Shown: positions 52,551 through 64,000 of the stretch, in pieces
How the letters are laid out: the number at the start of each line of letters is the position of its first letter
How positions within the stretch are numbered: position 1 is the stretch's first letter
Origin: Chrysomallon squamiferum
Lineage: Eukaryota; Animalia; Mollusca
Assembly (NCBI GenBank): GCA_012295275.1
Contig: CM022665.1
Coordinates: 1,612,001 to 1,676,000, forward strand
Direction of reading: 5' to 3'
DNA: 64,000 nt
The notes under the pieces: model-generated
Database searches by the model: none
Seen by the model: the letters and a program-made list of their open reading frames with translations, nothing else
What the model was told of the DNA's origin: nothing
Program-made: the position numbers and the translations under genes

Positions 52551-54581
52551 ATGGCGTCGTCATTCTTAGTGCTCTCTGTTTATATGTGTTGTTACGTTGT
52601 TATTGCATCGTTTCATCTGTATCCATTTCGGAATACATCTCTTCCCTTTGACCAGCGAGTAGACGATCTTGTTAAGCGACTGACTATCAAAGAAATAATA
52701 CTTCAAATGGCTAAAGGCGGAGGTGGTTTGCACGGTGGAGAACCTGACCCACCAATCACTCATCTCGGAATCAAACAGTTTCAGTGGTCTGCAGAATGTC
52801 TGAGAGGCGTGGCTATGGCGGGTAACGCTACATCGTTTCCACAAGCGATTGGTTTAGCGGCATCGTTTGAGTAAGTGATTGACGTTGTCTTTTATTAAAT
52901 AAATGATAAAAACGGTAAAATAAAACACGCGTGGAACCTAGTAGTAGGACAAAAATAAATAAATAAATAATAATTTGTTACTATTATTATTGATAAAGAT
53001 TTCAGTTATACTGATATTGAGAACATGAGATTCTTGCGAATTAAGAACATTAAGAAGCTTCAGTAATTATTAAGGGCATTAAGATAATAAATTGTATTTA
53101 TAGTTATATATATTATATTTTCATAAAATTAAAATAAACACAAGCTGTACAAAATAAAATTAAATTTGTTCGTCCTGTCTACGTTATATCGAGAAAATCG
53201 TGTGTTTTGATTACTTGTTTTTTCATGAATCTGTTTAGCTCGCAACTTATACATGACGTGGCAGAAGCGACGTCTGAAGAAGTTAGAGCAAAGCACAACG
53301 ACTTCGTTCAAAGAGGAATTTTCCACGACCATACAGGACTGGGGTGCTGGAGTCCAGTTATTAATATTATGAGACATCCGTTATGGGGCAGGAATCAGGT
53401 ACATGTCAAATGGAAAATAAATATTTAAATAGTATCTTATTGGCACCGACAGAAAAAGCTGGATTTTTTGCATATTGTGTGTTTATAAAACAATTATTTT
53501 CTTGTTTTTGTTTTCTTTTTTCTTTTTTATGTGTTTATTTATTTAGTTAGTTTTTCTTTCTTTTTTAAATTATTATTATTAGTAGTAATAGTAGTAGTAG
53601 TATTTATTATTATTTTTTTTTTATATACGTTTTTCATTATTTTTTTTTTTTTATTATTATTTTTTTATTTTTTTTTTATTTGCGATAATACAGCTTAAAA
53701 ATAATAATAAGAGTTTACACATTCATTTTACACATTTAGACATCACAGCTATTTTATAAAACTCATTGTAACGAGTATGATTTACAGTTTTCTTTATCCA
53801 TTTTTGGGGGGTGGGGCAGGGGAGTTGGGGATGGAGTCTGGACTAAAATTAAAATCGCTCGCCCTCTTCTACTATTTCATATTTGATCAGGCTGATGAAC
53901 AACCTCCTTTCTTCTCTGTGGTTTAATATATAACATTTTTCAAGGAAACGTACGGTGAAGATCCATATTTAACGGGAGTCTTATCCAGACATTTTGTGTC
54001 CGGTCTTCAAGGAAGTCATCCCCGTTACGTCCGTGCTGTATCAACGTGTAAACATTTCGACGCGTATGGAGGACCAGAGGATTTACCTGTATCTCGACAG
54101 GTGTTCGACGCCAAGGTTAGGATATTTTTACAATATATATTTGTTCTTACTGACGATTATTATTTTATTTGTCTTTATAGTTTTCTTGTTATTGTTGTTA
54201 CTGTTGTTGTCGAAAAATACGAAAAAATAAATAATTAGAGAATATTTAATAATTAAGTAGTAAGTGGACACTTTATTTGATCAAAAGAAAGAAAACACCT
54301 CGTTTTAAAACAACTCTGTTGCAGGTGTCAGAAAGAGATCTCCGAACAACATTTCTTCCACAGTTTGAGGCGTGCACAAGTTTGTCTCTGGGTGTGATGT
54401 GCAGTTACAATAGGTATGACTGACAAGATGCTTTACTTCTCAAATGTGTTCAGTGCAACATCTTATTAATCAGTAGCGTTAAAATTGTCTACGATGTTAC
54501 GATTCTGTCATATATAAACATAGATCTATAAACGATACGGAATCGAAATATAGTGAGATAGATAGATAGATATTATTATTT

Positions 54582-54645
<64 letters not shown>

Positions 54646-54914
54646 TTTAATTACGAAAACGAAAGATCACTACCTTTTTACTATATATTTCAAACAAATA
54701 TCAAAGCAGAAATAAAGTAAGTTACAACGGTAGTTCTTAAATAGCTGACAATATTGATTTGAAAGATGTTAAATTTTTCTTAACAAAAACATGAGTAAAT
54801 TCTAGTCAGTTTTCATTTTGCACTGACATTCTGCCAGTAAATGTACAGTGTATCACCAGTTTCTTATCTTTCTTTTATTTTATTTATTTATTTATATTAT
54901 TTTCACTCTTTTAC

Positions 54915-54949
<35 letters not shown>

Positions 54950-55648
54950 AATTTATATATACACACACACACATTTATATATACCTGATTGTCGTTGATC
55001 GTTTACGTTTACAGTGTAAATGGAATACCAGCTTGTGCAAACAAATATTTTCTCACTGATATTCTTCGTAAAGAATGGAATTATAAAGGCTTCGTGGTGA
55101 CTGATGCCGGTGCTGCCGAATTCATAATTGAGTGGCATCGTTACTACAACAACAGCATTGACGCTGCTGCTGGTTGCGTGAATGCTGGAGTCAATTTGGA
55201 GTTAGTTGCCGACGGTGTCGCCAATCAAGTGTTCCTATCAATCGGCAAGGCAATACAGCTAGGACAGCTAACTGAAAAGCTGGTCAGAGACAGAGTTAAA
55301 CCTCTCTTCTATGCTAGAATGAGACTAGGCGAGTTCGATCCTCCTCAAATGAACCCTTACAATTTTTATAATCTGTCCCTAATCCAGAGCCAGGCCCACA
55401 GAAAACTGTCTCTCAAGGCAGCTCAGCAGTCATTTGTCTTACTGAAAAATGCTGGCGATCTGCTTCCGTTGAAAACAAAGATTAATTCCGTGGCTGTGAG
55501 TATTCTTCCTTTTTATATCCACTGCAGTTCAATAAACACTGGTATACGTAAATGCATCTAATATGTTAAAATGGACTCACTGACAAATTCACTGTGATTT
55601 TCCACTTATGAAATGTTTTTTTTTTTTTTTTTTTTTTTCAGTAAAATA

Positions 55649-55692
<44 letters not shown>

Positions 55693-55693
55693 G

Positions 55694-55744
<51 letters not shown>

Positions 55745-58576
55745 TTATGTATGTATTTGTTCCCGAATAATTCAGTGCATTAGTTGACAAGTAAATAATA
55801 CTTTATCATCATTACAAAAGTATAATTTAAACGGTACGTTAGTAAGCAAACTTCACAGTTCGGTCCAGCAGTGATTTCAGCAAAAGGTTTTTGCTTGTTT
55901 TGAATAGCTTTTCGGACCCCTAGCAAACAACAAATCTCAGCTAATGGGGGACTATGCGGCAGATGTAGATCCTTCCTTTGTGACGACACCTCTGCGTGGT
56001 CTGGCCGCACTGGCACACAAAGTATATTTCACAGCGGGATGTTCCGATACAAAATGCGAGGCTTACAACAACACAAACGTCAAAGCGTATGCTGCAGTAG
56101 CTGACTTAGTTATTGTTTGTCTCGGAACGGGTAAGTAAAAAAAAAAAAAATAAATAAACCACCACAAAAAACAACAACACCTAGAGGAATATTCAGGAGC
56201 GGATCTATTATGAAACTAATGAAACTTAAGCTTCATGGCCCCTAATCCAGTAGACTTTAGTCTATACATTGCTTCAGAATTTTAATCTAAATCTGAGATG
56301 TGTGGTTACATTTTTAAAAGAGTGAAGAAGACAGCAGTGGTTCACCAGATCTCGGTGCTGTTTGCGAACAATCCACGCTTCAGCGCCTCAGAAATGTAGG
56401 ATGTAACTGTAGTTTTGATTAACAAACGTCGTCTTGCTTTTTCTGGAGCTATTAAAAATTATTTTTTAATTATATTTAATTATCTTCTTTATTGAAACAA
56501 GCATACAAATAATTGTAGTTCCTTAGTTAATTTTCGTTTATCCAAATAAAAATAAAACAATGTATCTGTTTGATATTATTTTATTTTTTTTTTTTTTTTT
56601 TTTTGTTTTTGACTAATTGTTGTTGTTCATGCAGGACAGTCGATAGAAAGCGAAAACTTTGACAGAGAAAGTTTATCTCTGCCTGGAAATCAGCAACAGT
56701 TGTTAGAAGATGTGATAACATTCTGTGAGTGTATAATTTATAATAAAATAATTAAAGTTAAGTATTGACGTTTAGTTTCAATCGTTCTCATGTAATTCTT
56801 TCTTTTTTTTTTTTTTTTTTTTTTTTTTTGTAGGGGATATTTTCACTATGAAGTGAAAATGTAAACTGCTTTTTCGAATGTTCTAGATCAAATTAGTCCA
56901 ATCACTAAGAGGAAAAATCCAATAAAATAAAATCATAAAATCTAAGTGGAAAGAAAAATGTAAGTTATCGTGTCGATTTGTCAGTGAATTTTCATTCTTT
57001 ATTTATTATCATTCGTTTTTATTAGGATATATAAAACTGGCTTGTGGCTGTAGGAATAAATGGTCAGTAAGTTATAGGTTTATTCTTTAAGGTGACTTAT
57101 CATTGCTCATAATAAAGTTTGACAATAAATAATACTGTTACAAAGCATTTGAAATCGGTTATTTTACCCTGGTGACGTCATCGCTTACCTGACAGTCTGA
57201 CAACTGTTGGGTTTTTTGGTTGTTTTCTTAATACACTTTAATAATATTTTCCAGCACAGATTCTATAATATTTTTAATTAAATTTAAAATATATTTAAAT
57301 CAGCAAAGGGACCAGTAATACTTCTGCTGTTTAGCGGTGGACCACTGGACATTCGGTTTGCAGATGCCTCCACTAAAGTACAGTGCATCATTCAGTGTTC
57401 TTTTCCTGCCCAAGCTACCGGAAGAGCTCTTTTGAATATTTTAACTGGAAATGGTCGCTATGGCAACCCGGCGGGAAGACTTCCTTACACCTGGTATGCG
57501 TCACAGACACAGGTATTTAATACAAATTTTATATATAATTAAAATAGGTATTCATAACATAATATAATTATAAACAGATATTTTTATTTTTAAAACAATT
57601 GAATATCAATCATATATTTTACATTATAATTTATTATAATGGGAACAAAAGAAAAAAGTTTCCTTATTGTTGTAAAGTATCATTTGTTTTCACTGATGTC
57701 TTAGTTAAAGACTGAATGTATTGAATATGACGAATATTTAAAACTTTTTAGGTTCCTGATATGACGGATTACAGTATGTCCAATAAAACGTATAGGTACT
57801 TTGAAGGAACGCCATTGTATCCGTTTGGGTTTGGACTTTCATACACGTCATTTTCATACAAGAATTTCCACATTGACCCCAGAGTAATAAAGGCTGGAGA
57901 AAACGTAACAGTTAGATTTGATATCACGAATACTGGATCCCTTGACGGAGATGAAGTAATTACTGTGAATTTTATTTAATTAATAATCTTTCATTTTAAA
58001 GTAAGCAATATTGTATAACTTTATAGACTAGCTAAATAGAAATTTAGAAAATATCTAATAATATTCTGTTCATTAGAAAACTGCATGTTATGTGTGTATG
58101 CGTTTGTATGTCTGTGTGTGCTCTGGTCTGTGTTTATTATAATACATAGCTAATGTATCCTATAACGTATGTGATTACAGTGAGAAAACCTGACACATGA
58201 AACGACTAGTACATATAATACAAACCATTAAATAAAAACAGAAATACAGCAACCACGTGTAATATCAAACTTATTACTTGTCATTTATCTTTTGCAGGTT
58301 TATCAGGTGTATATATCTTGGCTGAATAAGACCGTTTCCACACCTCTCTACCAGTTAACGCGTTTTGGACGGGTTCGTGTTTCCAAAGGACAAACAGTAA
58401 CACAAAACATCACAGTCACAGCACAACAAATGGCAGTATGGAGAGAAAGGAAAGGTTTCGTTGTTCAGCCAGGTTAGTTTCTTTATCTCATCTAATATAA
58501 CAATTACTGAAATTCAACTCTGTTTATCATTTACTTAAAACATTTAACATCTATCTTTTCTAATTGAAGAATGTAT

Positions 58577-58616
<40 letters not shown>

Positions 58617-58856
58617 CGAATTTCACATGATTATTAACTGTAACACTTCTCAAAGTTCTTCACTGCTATTACAGTTGTTATTAGAATGTGTAAATCATCA
58701 ACTATAAGTAACATAGTATAAAATTACTTTTACTGATGTAGTCAGTTTATATTTTCAGGTAAAATACAGGTATACGCTGGAGGTCAGTTACCAAATCAAA
58801 AGAAACAGGTGTCATCGAATGTTCTTACTGGACAGTTTGCTATTGTTGATATATAG
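52551..58856 (+). CDS. Secreted glycoside hydrolase family 3 protein (beta-D-xylosidase/alpha-L-arabinofuranosidase-like), complete, 11 exons, ~739 aa
   Basis: Exons 52551-52870, 53239-53398, 53945-54115, 54325-54413, 55015-55495, 55908-56130, 56635-56724, 57304-57512, 57752-57955, 58298-58472, 58759-58856 (2220 nt, phase-consistent). Signal peptide; [51 protein letters not shown], MCSYN, nucleophile region GFVVTDAGA, PAGRLPYTWY, PLYPFGFGLSYT, and an Fn3-like C-terminus. Confidence 0.94.
56194..56285 (+). mobile_element. Fragment of the MITE-like family in GH3 intron 6
   Basis: CAGGAGCGGATCTATTATGAAACTAATGAAACTTAAGC is nearly identical to the reverse complement of 27467-27503. Confidence 0.7.
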
Positions 58857-58877
58857 CATGCATTTAATAATAACACA

Positions 58878-58879
58878 TT

Positions 58880-58911
<32 letters not shown>

Positions 58912-58920
58912 AATCATCAT
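58878..58920. repeat. (ATC)n microsatellite between the convergent stop codons
   Basis: Direct reading of the TCATCATCA run. Confidence 0.9.
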
Positions 58921-59050
58921 TGTTACTGTTATTATACAAATAGAGAAAAGAAATGTATTAATGACAAACTGTTCTTGTACACATGAATTATAAACTCTTG
59001 TTACTAAGATAATAAATGTATTAAATCCCCAAAGTTTTAAAGTACAAAGT

Positions 59051-60220
59051 TCAGCGATTTGGGTGCAGCGCTGTTGTAGAATTGTGCATCGCTGACGGAG
59101 TTACTGTGTTGATGGTTTGACAAAACTCACTTGCGTAATTCGTCATGTCGCCTTTCAGAAAATCTTTTAATGCAAACACCTAAAATAACAAAATGTTATA
59201 TCTTATCATTAAACATGTATGTCGATTTAAGTATTCTCAAGACATTGAAAATACATAACTCATTTGTTTAATATATTGATTTCAGTCACAGACATATTTT
59301 TCATGCCATTGAAATTTAAAAATACTCGCATTGATTATATTGTTAAAATTTCTAATCTATCTTCAAAGAAAGATGTTTTCCTAGAAACATTTTGAAAACA
59401 AATTAAAATATATTTTAATCTGATTACCTTATCATTACCGTTTGTTTCTATCTGTAAAATACATTCGCTTGACAATTAACAACATGTATTTGTTTATTAT
59501 TTGGAATATTTGCTTATCTTGTCTTACCTTTGGAACAAATATAAGGCATTGAGTTGCCGTGGTTCCAATAATAATTAGCACTGAAACGAGGGCGTATGTG
59601 ACGTCAATGTGGTTTTTCAGTACTAGCGACACGGGCACGCCTACCGCACCGAGTACGACGACGTTGTAGATGCACATTCCAATGTAATGGGAATCATTTA
59701 ATGCAGGTATGGTGACCTAAAATGCACAACTGTAAATACAGGTATACCGTCATACGTGTTTTCAAACTGAATACAGTCTTTGTACCACTGACCGTTTTGA
59801 CTGTGTGTGTGTATGTGTGTATGTGTGTGTTTGTTAAATGGTAAAACATCGACAGACAGCAGCTAAATGTTTTGATAAAATTGACAAACCAGCTGCGAAA
59901 TAATAAATCAAACATTAAAGTGCCCAACTGCATGAACAGAAATAAATATTACCAAGTTAATTTTAATTTTTAACGTTGTTTTGGTTTCTTCTAATTTCAT
60001 AAGTGATGTGGGTTTGTGTATAACACTTACAAATATTTTTGTTCAGATCTTTTCTAATCCTTTCCTTTAATCAAACAGTCTTTTTCGTAAAATTATTCAA
60101 ATAAAGTACTTCCGGATGCCATAAACAAACAAAAAAAAAAAAAAAAAAAATTCAAAAACACAAAACAAACAAAAACAAACCCTCTCGACATTTTATATCG
60201 ATACTAACATGACATTGTAG

Positions 60221-60256
<36 letters not shown>

Positions 60257-62189
60257 TCATTTTTTGTAAATAGTGGAATACAAATGCTTTAAAAAGAAAC
60301 TCAGTTTTAAAAGTACCTGCTGAAATTTACCTTTCTGGTAGTAAACGCCAAGAAGGCACCAAGTAAGAGTAGAATGCCTTGAATGGCTAGCAGAGTTACT
60401 GAGAAATGAATCTGATACCTGGACGAGCAGAAGTACGTCAGTGGTATCACAACCCTGTCGTTAACTGTGTCGTTCACCTTCTGAAATCGAACAAACATTA
60501 TCGAGTTCAATGTAAATACAGAATATCTTTCTTGAATATCAAACCATCTTCAGACAGGACCTCAGCTTTTAAAAAACAAACTCTGTTACTTACGAAAAAT
60601 TTCTATAAAAAGACGAGTTTAAGCATATTTATACGTAGTATGAACTTAAAAGGTAAGGGTGGGTAGGTATTGTTCATAAAAGTACAATATAATCAAAGCA
60701 AATCAATTACAACCATTGCCTTTGAGTTACATGACCAGAAAATAAAAACAATAAAGTAATTTGAAAAGAAGAGAGAACAAAACAACATGCAGAAAAAGGA
60801 CATAGAGATTGTATCTTTGATTTTTTTGTTTTCTCTCTCTCTGAAACAACTCACAAAATCATCAAGTCTTATTTCCTTAGGTTGAAGTGGATCAATAGTT
60901 GTCCATATAATCAAGACACTGACATTAAGTGCCGTGAGTAACATAACCTTCAAGAAAACACGCAGATCCTTAGGTGCCTGGGAAAATAAGCACAGTAATT
61001 ATTATTTCCTAACAAATAAACAATAAATATGACAGAATTATATTTCGAATCATTGCTTCAAATACTGATCAGTTGTGTATGTTTGAAAGGTCGACTCCAA
61101 GTATGTAATGACGATTATTATTAAAGGAAGATGGAAAAAAAGTTTTGCTTCATCCAGTATTTTAGACACCCATATCGCTAGTTCTCGGGTTCAGTAATCA
61201 GCACTTCATCAGCACTTTGTAGCTTGACAGAAACTTTAAAGAAAAAAAAATAATAACAACGAAAGAACCCAGCCATTTCATATGTAATTAACTGACACTT
61301 ATTCTAACAAAGATCGGTTCTTAAACCATAAATTAAGGATAACAACTACTAATTATTAATGACCATTTCCCGAAGTTTTGAAAAATGTGAGACTGCAGTC
61401 TAAAATTATAGTGTTACCCGTTTTTGCAGCTTCTGACTAGCTGTGTAAATGACGTAAACTCTCCAAGTCTTTGCCAGTAGTGCACCAAACGCCAACGAGA
61501 ATCCAACCAACATGAAGAAACCTTTGACCTAGGAAACAAGTTTCATCTGAAGTATTATTTGACGTGCTGATAATTCAGTATAACAGTTATGATAAATGTA
61601 CTTGAAAGTGAAAAAGAATTGCGTGTTAAAACATCTGTACAGCATTTCGTGATTTTATCAGCAGAAACAGGAAATATCGACACAAATAAGTAACTAAATA
61701 AACTGATTAATGTTTTCTTATGTGCGGTATTATTTATTCTGTTTGTTTTATTTACAGAAATGATTTTATATGCATTTTTTTTTGGGGGGGGGTTGTTACT
61801 GATGGAGTTTACATTATTATTTTTAAAAATTTAAAAAAAAACCAAAAAAAACAGCCATACATTGAGAACAAAAACTGAATATAAGGATTAGCTGTATATA
61901 AATAAAGTAATAATAAATACATGCAGACAGTTATCTGAGTGTTTGGGTTTAACAATACCTGACAGATCCATGGTACTTGGATACTATCAACTCCGTGAAT
62001 AAACACAAACGCATATACTATGATACAACCCAGAAGGATGACACTATTGATGTTAGGTGAAGACATTTTTATAACCCTGTAACAAAATATAAACTATAGT
62101 TGTCTCTTTATTATTATTATTATTATTATTATTTTTATTACTACTACTACTACTACTACTACTACCACTGCTATTATTACTACTACTTC

Positions 62190-62226
<37 letters not shown>

Positions 62227-62303
62227 TTTACTACTACTACTACTACTACTACTACCACTGCTATTATTACTACTACTACTAGTAGTACTATTACTACTAC
62301 TTC

Positions 62304-62334
<31 letters not shown>

Positions 62335-62336
62335 TT

Positions 62337-62367
<31 letters not shown>

Positions 62368-62414
62368 GCTATTATTATTACTACTACTACTAGTAGTACT
62401 ATTACTACTACTTC

Positions 62415-62448
<34 letters not shown>

Positions 62449-64000
62449 TTATTTTCTTTCTTATTTTATAAATATATGAATGTATATGTGGCTCACCTTA
62501 CGGATCTAAATTTTATGTTAAAAATTAAAAATGCTAGTGCAAGCAGGATTCCAAGCGTAGCTAAAATACACACAACCACATACAGCGACATCGAGACTGA
62601 AGTCAGCTTTGTTACAGTCTGCACTGAATCCCTTGGCAGATTCCCTGAAAACAAAAATGAACCCATTACTATTTTTGTATCGTTCTTTTTAAAAATTACT
62701 TCTGTGCACTGATATTTTTATCTTCTTTTTACATGTATATGGAAAATGAACAATAATATTCACACTGTGGCATAATAATAATATATAAATAAATAATATT
62801 ATTAAGAACAAGAAGAAGAAAAAGATAGTCAAGCAAAAATAGAAAAGAATATTAATGTAAAAAATATAATATAAAGAGTATTTGCCATTTGGCCAAAGAA
62901 TGTGTGAAGACTTGCTCCAGTTGGTTTCATTGCCGATGCTGAGTTTATTGTACCATCCAATTGTGACTAAGTCCCCACCTGAAAACATCAAAGTTATCAA
63001 AGTCAAATTACGATGTACCGAATAACAGTGATTTATAATTCTCTTTGGTTAAAAGTTATATAATCACTATATTTTATATAACACTATCGTAATCGATTTT
63101 ACTTTATCATGCGTTAAGATTTGATTTGATTTGATTTTTGCTTTAGATATGTCTGACATAATTTACCTTTTTCTCTTTGAACTCTCTCTAGTTCATTCAC
63201 CTGTCTAATCCACTCCTTTCTAATCTATGCAAATCTGACATCAAATATCCGTTATTATGCACAAATAAAAGGTGAGAAGGTACAAAGCGTAATCAGTAAC
63301 ACACCACATTAAAAAAAAAAAAAAAAAAAAAGAAAAGAAAGAAAGAACATGGCTGTGTTGAAATTGCTTTCACATTTTTCTGAAAAAAAAAAAATCAGAA
63401 CGATAACCAAAACACAAAAAAAAAAAAAAAAAAAAAAAGAAAAGAAAAGACTTTAATGAAGATTAGAGAACTCTACCTTGTAATTGCTGAATCTTCATTA
63501 GTTTTCCTGGGTCGCCGTTTTGATCAAACGAGACCTGACTGGATATAGAACTGAAATTGACCTTGTTAGTATTGTTCTTTATTAATTCGCCCATGAAACT
63601 GTTCGTATATGAAAAATCTTCAAGTCTGTATCCTTAAAAATTAAGATACAAAGTAAAAAATATATTGATTCAGGTGAGAGAAATTTAATGCTTTTAAATG
63701 TCTTTTTTTTTTTTTTTTTTTTTCAAAATTACAGTACAGTAAAGTACAAAATAATCTTTATTTAAGGAAGTGCATATAAAAATGAATAATATTAGCTCAT
63801 ATGAGATATTACAGTGATATAAAATTAAATACAGCGGATAGCAAATAATAACAGTGGTGGTTGTTGATAATGGTTATCGCGACGAAGTAAATAATTCCGA
63901 ATTACTGTAATGTTATACGTTAGTTTGCTGAATTTCCTTTTCTCGGATCAGTTACCTGTATTTCTAAGGTCGTTAAGAGTCGCGTTCAGAGCATTTGCGA
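59051..64000 (-). CDS. Class C GPCR, GABA-B receptor-like (end of Venus flytrap domain, 7TM and short tail); 5' part lies beyond the right edge
   Basis: Exons 63956-(64000+), 63477-63632, 62886-62978, 62497-62644, 61959-62076, 61418-61528, 60855-60977, 60331-60480, 59528-59716, 59051-59179. Motifs ANALNAT...RLEDFSY, FNIKFR..RVIKMSSPNINSVILLG, FGALLAKTWRVY, WTTIDPL, IPALNDSHYIGMCIYNVVV and CLIFVPK are characteristic of GABA-B-type receptors. Confidence 0.9.
62108..62450. repeat. Compound (TAT)n/(TAC)n microsatellite with higher-order repetition
   Basis: Alternating TAT and TAC blocks with recurring spacers (TTCTGT, ACTGCT, TAGTAG), inside a GPCR intron. Confidence 0.95.

Noticed and set aside
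62100-62282. Poly-Tyr ORF
   Set aside because: Translation of a TAT/TAC microsatellite in an intron.

Overview
AT-rich, intron-rich eukaryotic genomic DNA. It is an animal, most plausibly a mollusc or other lophotrochozoan; the species cannot be determined from this window. There is no prokaryotic system, CRISPR array, rRNA or tRNA. Five spliced genes lie in alternating orientation: (1) the 5' part (42 coding exons) of an outer-arm axonemal dynein heavy chain of the DNAH5/DNAH8 type (- strand, runs off the left edge); (2) a complete UFL1 (+); (3) a complete KDM1A/LSD1 (-) with a decayed LINE in intron 14; (4) a complete secreted GH3 beta-xylosidase-like gene (+); (5) the 3' part of a GABA-B-like class C GPCR (-, runs off the right edge). 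Exon phases were traced by hand and all junctions are consistent except one dynein exon with an apparent frameshift. Most interesting signals: candidate microexons in the KDM1A intron that hosts the vertebrate neural exon 8a; a clean 27-nt candidate microexon and a Cys-rich insert in the dynein tail; the dynein frameshift with a stop/start overlap; two GC-AG introns; probable overlapping 3' UTRs; TIR elements in divergent promoter regions; and a sharp CpG-depletion boundary. Microexon and regulatory calls are inferences that need RNA data.
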